64,000 bases of DNA from NCBI GenBank assembly GCA_018368455.1, contig JAGZEG010000001.1, positions 199,276 through 263,275 of the forward strand. The letters are read 5' to 3'. Of this stretch, positions 57,619 through 64,000 are shown piece by piece. The position numbers were made by a program, and so were the translations under genes. Source of the DNA: Coriobacteriia bacterium (GTDB lineage Bacteria > Actinomycetota > Coriobacteriia > Coriobacteriales > UMGS124). The notes beneath the pieces were generated by a model. That model was not told the origin of the DNA, ran no database searches, and saw nothing but the letters and a program-made list of their open reading frames with translations. Position 1 is the stretch's first letter; the number at the start of each line of letters is the position of its first letter.

Positions 57619-60315
57619 TTACTTCGACGGCGTTGCGGTGCGCTCGATCTGGACGGTCTTGTAGGACTCGATGACGTCGCCCAGGTGGATGTCCTGGAAG
57701 CCGTCGATGCCGATGCCGCACTCATAGCCGCTCTTGACGCTCTTGACGTCATCCTTGAAGCGGCGCAGCGAGCCGATCGTGCCTTCGTACACGACAACGC
57801 CGTCGCGCACGACGCGCACCTTGTCGTCGCGGCTGATCTCGCCGTTCGTGACCATGCAGCCCGCGATCGTGCCAACACGCGGCACCTTGAACGTCTCGCG
57901 GACCTCAGCGGCACCGGTGTCCTTGTCCTCGAACTCGGGCGCAAGCATGCCCTGGCGAGCAGCCTCGATGTCGTCGATGGCCTGGTAGATGACACGGTAG
58001 GTCTTGATCTGCACGCCCTCGCGCTCGGCGGCGTCGCGCGCCTTGGGATCGGGGCGCACGCCAAAGCCGATGATGATGGCGTTGGACGCGGCGGCAAGCG
58101 TGACGTCGGTCTCGGACACGGCGCCAACTGCGGCGTGGATGACGCGGATCTTGACCTCGGACTGGTCGATCTTCTCGAGCGCGCCCTCCAGAGCCTCGAT
58201 GGAGCCCTGAACGTCGGCCTTCACGACGAGGCTGAGCTCCTTGACGTCGCTCTCGTCCATCGTCTCGAACAGGTTCTCGAGCGTGACGTGCTTGCGCTTC
58301 TCCTGCTCGGCGAGGCGGGCCTTGAGCGCGCGCTGGTCAGCGAGCTCGCGCGCCTGGCGCTCCTCGTTGAACACGCGGAACTCATCGCCGGCGGCCGGGA
58401 CGCTGCCCAGGCCCTGGATCTCAGCGGCCTCGGAGGGATGAACGTCGTTGATGCGGCGGCCGTGCTGGTCGAGCAGGGCACGTACGCGACCGTAGGACAT
58501 GCCGGCGAGCACGATGTCGCCGACGTGCAGCGTGCCGCGCTTCACGATGACGGACGCGACGGGTCCGCGGCCGCGGTCGAGCTTGGCTTCGAGCACGTAG
58601 CCAGACGCGAACGTGTCGGGGTTTGCCTTGAGCTCGAGCACCTCGGCCTGGAGCAGGATCGTCTCGAGCAGGTCGTCGATGCCGATGCCCTTCTTGGCCG
58701 ACACGTTGACGAACATGTTCTCGCCACCCCACTCCTCGGGGATGACGCCATGCTCCGTGAGCTCCTGGCGCACGCGGTCGGGGTTGGCCGTGGGCTTATC
58801 GATCTTGTTGACGGCAACGACGATGGGCACGCCTGCGGCCTTGGCGTGGTTGATGGACTCGATCGTCTGCGGCATGACGCCGTCGTCAGCAGCGACGACG
58901 AGCACGGCGATGTCCGTGACCTTGGCGCCGCGCGCACGCATGGCCGTGAAGGCCTCGTGGCCGGGCGTGTCGACGAACGTGATCTCCTTGCCGTTGATCT
59001 TGACCTCGGACGCGCCGATGTGCTGCGTGATGCCGCCGGCCTCGCCCGCAGCAACGCCCGTGTGACGGATGGCGTCGAGCAGCGACGTCTTGCCGTGGTC
59101 GACGTGGCCCATGACCGTGACGACAGGGGGACGCGGCTTGAGATCCTTCGGGTCGTCATAGAAGGAGAACGTGTTCTCCTCTTCCGCCGTCATGATCTTG
59201 ACGCGGCGACCGAGATCGTCGGCGATGAGCTCGACGAGGTCACTGCTCATCGTCTGCGTGAGCGTCAGCGGGGAGCCGAGCAGGAACAGCCGCTTGATGA
59301 TGTCGTTGGCCGGAACGCCAAGCGCCTCCGCGAACTCCGAAACCGTCGGGTTCTCGCCAAGCTTGACGACGTCGAGATCCTCGGGGTTCTGGTCGTTAGC
59401 GAGGGCCTCCTTGATGGCGGCCTCGTGACGCTCCTCCTCCGCGGCGGCCTCGCGACGCTCCTTGCGCTTCTTGCGGCGGCCAGTCTCGCGGTTCGCCTCA
59501 GCGATGGCCTCGCGGGCCTCGGCAAGGATGCGATCGCGGTTGTAGGCCTCGGCCTCGCGGGCCATGCGGGCGTAGTGATCCTCGCCTGCAGCTGCCTCGG
59601 CGACGGGAGCCGCGTCACGGCCCGCCTTGCGGCCCTTCTTGCCAGAGCGCGCCGTGTCGGCGTCAGCTGCGGGGCGGCCGGCGGGAGCGGCGACAGGGCC
59701 GCGCTGACCCTTGGGCGCAGGGGTGGCGTTCGAGCCAGAGCGCTTGGGACCGCGACCGGAGCGGTCAGCGGCACCGGCCTTGGAGGCCTCGCTCTTCTGA
59801 GCAGCCTGGCGCTCGCGCTCCTTGGCGGCGTCGGCAAGCGCGCGCTCCTGCTGGGCGATCTGCTCGAGCAGCGAAGAGAACGAGGGCGTCGACTTCGGGG
59901 CGTTGTCGCCGTGGTTGCGCTTCTCCTCCTCGGCCTTGCGAGCGGCTTCCTCCTCGGCACGAATGCGCTCCTCCTCGGCGCGCTTCGCCTCCTCGGCGGC
60001 ACGGCGCTCAGCCTCGATGCGGCGCTCCTCCTCGCGGCGGGCCTCCGCCTCCTGGCGGGCCTTCTCCTCCGCGATGCGCTTGGCCTCCTCCTCGGCGCGC
60101 TTTGCCTCTTCCTCAGCCTGTCGCGCGGCCTCGATCTCCGCCGCACGCTGCTCGAGGATGGGAGCGAGGTTCTTGCGCGCAAGATTGACGTAGGCGTCTT
60201 CGAGCGTCGAGCTCGCCGACTTGGCGGGAATCTTCATATCCTGGAGATGACCGAGCATCTCCTTGCTGCTCATGCCAAATTCCTTGGCGAGCTCATGCAC
60301 GCGAATCTTGGCCAT
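57619..60315 (-). CDS. infB: Translation initiation factor IF-2
   Basis: [14 protein letters not shown], a Lys/Glu/Ala-rich N-terminal region, and G domain [28 protein letters not shown]. Start set to ATG 60315. Confidence 0.96.
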   Translation of the reverse strand: MAKIRVHELAKEFGMSSKEMLGHLQDMKIPAKSASSTLEDAYVNLARKNLAPILEQRAAEIEAARQAEEEAKRAEEEAKRIAEEKARQEAEARREEERRIEAERRAAEEAKRAEEERIRAEEEAARKAEEEKRNHGDNAPKSTPSFSSLLEQIAQQERALADAAKERERQAAQKSEASKAGAADRSGRGPKRSGSNATPAPKGQRGPVAAPAGRPAADADTARSGKKGRKAGRDAAPVAEAAAGEDHYARMAREAEAYNRDRILAEAREAIAEANRETGRRKKRKERREAAAEEERHEAAIKEALANDQNPEDLDVVKLGENPTVSEFAEALGVPANDIIKRLFLLGSPLTLTQTMSSDLVELIADDLGRRVKIMTAEEENTFSFYDDPKDLKPRPPVVTVMGHVDHGKTSLLDAIRHTGVAAGEAGGITQHIGASEVKINGKEITFVDTPGHEAFTAMRARGAKVTDIAVLVVAADDGVMPQTIESINHAKAAGVPIVVAVNKIDKPTANPDRVRQELTEHGVIPEEWGGENMFVNVSAKKGIGIDDLLETILLQAEVLELKANPDTFASGYVLEAKLDRGRGPVASVIVKRGTLHVGDIVLAGMSYGRVRALLDQHGRRINDVHPSEAAEIQGLGSVPAAGDEFRVFNEERQARELADQRALKARLAEQEKRKHVTLENLFETMDESDVKELSLVVKADVQGSIEALEGALEKIDQSEVKIRVIHAAVGAVSETDVTLAAASNAIIIGFGVRPDPKARDAAEREGVQIKTYRVIYQAIDDIEAARQGMLAPEFEDKDTGAAEVRETFKVPRVGTIAGCMVTNGEISRDDKVRVVRDGVVVYEGTIGSLRRFKDDVKSVKSGYECGIGIDGFQDIHLGDVIESYKTVQIERTATPSK

Positions 60316-60330
60316 GTACACCACCTGTCC

Positions 60331-60618
60331 TTACTGTACGTCGTCACTGTGCCCGACGCACAGCATGTCGAATTCTGTCCCGAGGCGCGCATAGCCGTCT
60401 TCGCCAATACGCACCCGGAGCGCGCGATCCAGGGCGTGACGCTTGTGAGCCACGTCAAAGCAGGTCTGCTCGGCGCAGAGGTAGGCGCCGCGGCCCGGCT
60501 GACGACCCGTCGGGTCGACGTCCACCGTTCCGTCGGCATGTCGGACGAAGCGGACGAGCGTCGTCTTGCTGCCCGTCTGTCCGCATGCGACGCACGTCCT
60601 CTCGCGTATCTGCGCCAT
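60331..60618 (-). CDS. ylxR: YlxR/DUF448-family RNA-binding protein
   Basis: RTCVACGQTGSKTTLVRFV...GRGAYLC pattern. Lies between nusA and infB. Confidence 0.85.
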   Translation of the reverse strand: MAQIRERTCVACGQTGSKTTLVRFVRHADGTVDVDPTGRQPGRGAYLCAEQTCFDVAHKRHALDRALRVRIGEDGYARLGTEFDMLCVGHSDDVQ

Positions 60619-60685
60619 CGCGCCCCTTTCGCCTGCGACTCACCAATGATGCCATAAACGCACGCTACGGTGCGTTGGAAGAGCT

Positions 60686-61915
60686 TTAGATGAGCGAGTC
60701 ATCGTCCATGTGCTCGTGCACGCCGCAGAAGCGCGAGCCGGGGCGCGCCTGGTTGCGGCAGCGCGTGCCCGTCTCGTCGACGTACTCGCAGCGTGCGTCG
60801 CCTGCGGGCTCGGCGCTGTCCGACGTGTTCATGAGCGGCGCGATGGAGCCCATGAGGTTTGCGGCGAGCGACTCGTTCTTGATGTCGATGTGCCAGCCCG
60901 TGAGGCGGGCGGCAAGGCGGGCGTTCTGGCCCTCCTTGCCGATGGCGAGCGACAGCTGGTCGTCCGGCACGATGACGGTGGCGTACTGATTCTCCGTGTC
61001 GGCAAGCACGCGCGTGACCTTGGCGGGCGACAGTGCGTTGGCGACGTAGCGGGCAGGGTCGGCGTCCCACAGCACGACGTCGATGCGCTCGCCGCGCAGC
61101 TCGGACACAACCATGCGGACGCGCGAGCCCTTGGGGCCGACGCAGGCGCCCACGGGGTCGAGATGCGAGTCCAGCGAGTTCACGGCAACCTTCGAGCGCG
61201 TGCCAGGCTCGCGGGCGATGGCCTTGACCTCGACGACACCGTCGTAGACCTCGGGGACCTCGAGCTCGAACATGCGACGGATGAGGTCGGGGTGCGTGCG
61301 GCTCACGATGATGGGCGGGCGGTTGTGCTCGCCGCGCGTCGACGTGCCGCTCTGGGCGGCCTTCGGGTCGCGCACGTCGATGATGATGGCGCGGACGCGC
61401 TGGTTGTGCTGGTAGTACTCGCCGTTCGGGCGCTCGTTGCGCTCGTCGGGGTTGCGGCGCTTGTCGAAGTGAGGCAGCTCGGCCTCGACGCCCTCACGGA
61501 TCTTGAGGATCGTGAAGTCAGGCGTCGTCTGCAGGACCGTGCCCGTGATGAGCTCGCCGACGCGTTTGGAGAACTCTTCGTAGATCTGCTCGCGGGCGGC
61601 GTTGCGCACGATGGACGCGATCTCGGCCTTAGCGTGCTGGGCGGCGATGCGGCTCGTGTCGCGCGGCGTGACGTCCTTCATGTCAAACTCGGTGTAGTCG
61701 CCGGTCTCCTCGTCGGGCTCGCCCTTGGGAACGAGCTCGTAGACGTAGATCTTGCCCGTCTGACGGTCGATGGTGACCTTGGCGCCCCACTCGAGGTCGA
61801 GGATGTCGGCATAGCTCTTGGCGAGCGACTGCTCGAGGCGGTCGAGCACGTAGAGCTCGTCGAGGTGCTTCTCCTGCGCCAGGGCCTGCAGCGCTTCGAT
61901 CATTTCAGTGGCCAT
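60686..61915 (-). CDS. nusA: Transcription termination/antitermination factor NusA, with Cys/His-containing C-terminal extension
   Basis: N-terminal domain, S1, KH1 and KH2 (…[26 protein letters not shown]…[25 protein letters not shown]). Extra tail [27 protein letters not shown]. Confidence 0.95.
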   Translation of the reverse strand: MATEMIEALQALAQEKHLDELYVLDRLEQSLAKSYADILDLEWGAKVTIDRQTGKIYVYELVPKGEPDEETGDYTEFDMKDVTPRDTSRIAAQHAKAEIASIVRNAAREQIYEEFSKRVGELITGTVLQTTPDFTILKIREGVEAELPHFDKRRNPDERNERPNGEYYQHNQRVRAIIIDVRDPKAAQSGTSTRGEHNRPPIIVSRTHPDLIRRMFELEVPEVYDGVVEVKAIAREPGTRSKVAVNSLDSHLDPVGACVGPKGSRVRMVVSELRGERIDVVLWDADPARYVANALSPAKVTRVLADTENQYATVIVPDDQLSLAIGKEGQNARLAARLTGWHIDIKNESLAANLMGSIAPLMNTSDSAEPAGDARCEYVDETGTRCRNQARPGSRFCGVHEHMDDDSLI

Positions 61916-61980
61916 CTGTCCTGTCCTTTCCTACCTGCTGCTACGCTCTCGCGACCTCGCAGGCCGCGTCATGTCTGTCT

Positions 61981-62535
61981 TTATGCCTCGTCAGTGTCGT
62001 CCTCGCCGGCCGCCTCGAGATCGCCGGCCTGCTTGGCGGCTTTCTTTGCGGCGGCGAATACCTTGTCGAAGTCGGGCTTGAGCTGGGCACGCGAGACGTC
62101 GCTCACCGGAATGTGCCACTCAGCTCCGTCGACGCTCAGCGTCACAACGCCGTCCTCGACGGCTGCGATGACGCCCGTGCCCTTTGTGCGGTCCTCCACG
62201 GGATGACTCGCACGAACCTCAGCGCGCTCGCCGATGAAGCGGGCGAAGTCGCGCTCGCGGCGCAGCGGTCGATCGAGACCGGGCGAGGAAACCTCGAGCT
62301 CGTATGAGCCAGGGAACGGGTCGAGCCCCTCGACGACGTCAGACACCCAAGGTGTGAGGGCGACGACCTCGTTCATGTCGATCGTGCCCTGCTCGTCGAG
62401 CGTGTCGATGCGCACACGCACGATGGGGTGGCTCGCCGGGCCTGCAACCTCAACGTCGACGATGTCGAGGCCCTGCTCCCCTGCAACCGCCTCAAGGGCG
62501 GCGAGGATGTCGTTCGCCTTGTCCTTCTGCGCCAC
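61981..62535 (-). CDS. rimP: Ribosome maturation factor RimP
   Basis: GLDIVDVEVAGPASHPIVRVRID...YELEVSSPGLDRPL. First gene of the nusA-infB operon. Confidence 0.9.
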   Translation of the reverse strand: MAQKDKANDILAALEAVAGEQGLDIVDVEVAGPASHPIVRVRIDTLDEQGTIDMNEVVALTPWVSDVVEGLDPFPGSYELEVSSPGLDRPLRRERDFARFIGERAEVRASHPVEDRTKGTGVIAAVEDGVVTLSVDGAEWHIPVSDVSRAQLKPDFDKVFAAAKKAAKQAGDLEAAGEDDTDEA

Positions 62536-62641
62536 GGCATATCCTTCCCTGTTGGCCGCTGCGCTCCACGGGGGCGCACCAACCGATCAATCTGACAAGC
62601 GCCTCGCGCGATGCGATGCGACTTCACCGTGATTTGGTCTC

Positions 62642-62674
62642 AAAAAAAGGAAGTGGGATGACTCCCACTTCCTT
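62642..62674 (-). terminator. Intrinsic terminator of the upstream hypothetical gene
   Basis: Perfect 11 bp stem AGGAAGUGGGA-gUCA-UCCCACUUCCU followed by U7 on the minus strand. Confidence 0.8.
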
Positions 62675-62808
62675 CACATTACCATCACAGGTTAACTACC
62701 ATGGCGAGTTTAGCACGCCCTTAGAGCCACGGCTAGAGCGAGCTTGCCGATGTTTGCCGAGCGCGAAAAACACCCATAAACCCGGTTGGTAGCCACGTGT
62801 ATGGGATG

Positions 62809-63996
62809 TTACGCGTCATGCTCCGATGAGGCGGCGTCTTCGTCGCTCAGGGAGCTTTCGCTACCATCTTCGCTGGCAAGCTCAGCGTTGCCGCCGACCT
62901 CGCCATCGGTTGACGCAATGGGATCGGCGCCAGAGCTGGCCATGGCGTCGCCCTTTGCGCTCGACGAGGCGGAGCACCTATCGAGACCGGCGGACTCGTG
63001 AGAGGACGAGGAGGCTGCCCCATCGAGAGAGGAGGCCGGAGCCTCGACCACGCTGACTGTGCTCGCGTAGCACGCCACGTCGAGCGCGTCAGCCCACGCG
63101 TCGAGCGCGTCCTGGCGAGAGGACGCCGCGTCGTAGAAGTCGGAGATGCCCGTAGCGGCGTGGGGCCCGTAATACGGGTTGCGCACCGCTACGTATACCG
63201 TCCAGTTCGGATCGGCCGCGAGCGCGCCGACAGCCTGCACCTCCGCGTCGCTGAGGTCGATGGAGGAATCGAGCGACAGCGTGGCTGGGTCGCCCTTTGC
63301 CGCGAAGAACGTCACCGACTCCAGGCTCGCAGGACTGCCCATCGGGTAAATCGTTAGGGCGTGGCCAGCGATGTTGTCGCCGTCCTGTGCCAGGAGCACA
63401 TCGCTGTACGTGTAGTCCCATGCACCCTTGAACAGATCTGCAGGAACGGTCACGGCGTAATAAGGCGTATAGATCGAGGTCCCCTCTGAAGTCTGCGCGA
63501 CGCTGGCCACCTTGCCCGAGGCGTCATACGGAGAGAGGGGCGTTGCCACAACGTGTGTGCCGCTGCCGACCTCCCCATCGGATGCGCCGACCCTATCGCG
63601 CGAAAAGGACGACTTTGCGCTGCTACCGGCGGGAGCGGAAGCGCCCGTGGAATCGGCTTCGCCATCCTTGGCTGTCGAGCCAAACGCCGTGGAAGAGACG
63701 GTGAGCTTGGGCGTGATGGAAAGCGCCCCGGCCAGCTCCTTAGCTGCCTGATCATCGAAGGCGTCGGCATACGGTACTGCATCCGCAGGGTAAGGAACGG
63801 CGACAACGATATGCGTCGTCGGCTCGTCGGGCAGCGTGAGGCCCGTGTTATATGTCGCATACGCCTGCGTGAGGCCATCCCAGTTGCCAGAGGCGCAGAG
63901 GACCTGTGCGACTTCGGCGCCATCTGCGTCATAGAACGTCAGGGCACGGCCTGAAAGAAGGCCGAGATCGTTCATTTCGACACCCATGGAACGCAC
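62809..63996 (-). CDS. Hypothetical protein with two internally similar domains and a Ser/Asp/Ala-rich acidic tail; 5' end possibly beyond the window
   Basis: 395 aa ORF followed by a strong terminator. The frame stays open to position 64000, and the first start in the window is GTG 63996. No motif recognised. Two similar segments: ALTFYDADG...HIVVAVPYPADAV...DAFDDQAAKELAGAL vs ALTIYPMGS...TVYVAVRNPYYGP...DFYDAASSRQDALDAWADAL. Confidence 0.6.
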   Translation of the reverse strand: MRSMGVEMNDLGLLSGRALTFYDADGAEVAQVLCASGNWDGLTQAYATYNTGLTLPDEPTTHIVVAVPYPADAVPYADAFDDQAAKELAGALSITPKLTVSSTAFGSTAKDGEADSTGASAPAGSSAKSSFSRDRVGASDGEVGSGTHVVATPLSPYDASGKVASVAQTSEGTSIYTPYYAVTVPADLFKGAWDYTYSDVLLAQDGDNIAGHALTIYPMGSPASLESVTFFAAKGDPATLSLDSSIDLSDAEVQAVGALAADPNWTVYVAVRNPYYGPHAATGISDFYDAASSRQDALDAWADALDVACYASTVSVVEAPASSLDGAASSSSHESAGLDRCSASSSAKGDAMASSGADPIASTDGEVGGNAELASEDGSESSLSDEDAASSEHDA

Positions 63997-64000
63997 GTCC

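Overview
High-GC (about 65% by eye) chromosomal segment, almost certainly actinobacterial. The gene content (mihF, the pyr and nusA-infB blocks below, several Tat-exported flavoprotein reductases) suggests Coriobacteriia, possibly Eggerthellaceae; that placement is inference only. I support about 50 protein genes, 3 tRNAs, a PyrR attenuator leader and a set of intrinsic terminators. Most genes are on the minus strand.

Layout:
- 1-4249: peptide-type ABC importer with an embedded SGNH hydrolase.
- 4540-8958: accessory locus with a Tat FAD/FMN reductase, an AraC regulator and a Tat ZinT-like protein.
- 9404-16732: pnp, rpsO, ACT protein, mtaB, dnaJ and a second, membrane-anchored DnaJ-like gene.
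- 17500-19182: a lower-GC3 Tat flavoprotein gene flanked by repeat-bearing non-coding DNA.
- 19560-23976: hemW, dus, lepA.
- 24168-27830: LysR regulator, a third Tat flavoprotein and a Tat-signal rubrerythrin.
- 28347-37023: rpsT, phosphoesterase, holA, comEC, comEA, thiI, rpoZ, gmk, mihF.
- 37229-47157: pyrR-pyrB-pyrC-carA-carB-pyrK-pyrD-pyrF with the PyrR leader.
- 47232-50004: GT2 plus ABC-2 exporter.
- 50132-50533: tRNA-Arg and two tRNA-Asn.
- 50716-62535: rimP-nusA-ylxR-infB-rbfA-nrnA-truB-ribF-dnaG-rpoD.
- 62809 to the window edge: an acidic repeat protein.

I found no CRISPR array, transposase, integrase, prophage, toxin-antitoxin pair or recognisable defence system. There is no clear novel multi-gene system here.

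The observations most worth a second look are:
- a DnaJ paralogue whose C-terminal domain is replaced by a three-helix membrane anchor;
- a rubrerythrin with a textbook twin-arginine signal;
- three Tat flavoprotein reductase paralogues that lack the fumarate-reductase His pair, each in a different context, one looking like an inserted islet;
- a family of GGTTTGCA/TTTGCAAA-containing modules in unusually long intergenic regions;
- a roughly 346 nt same-strand comEC/holA overlap.

All domain calls rest on motif recognition by eye; no HMM or BLAST search was possible.
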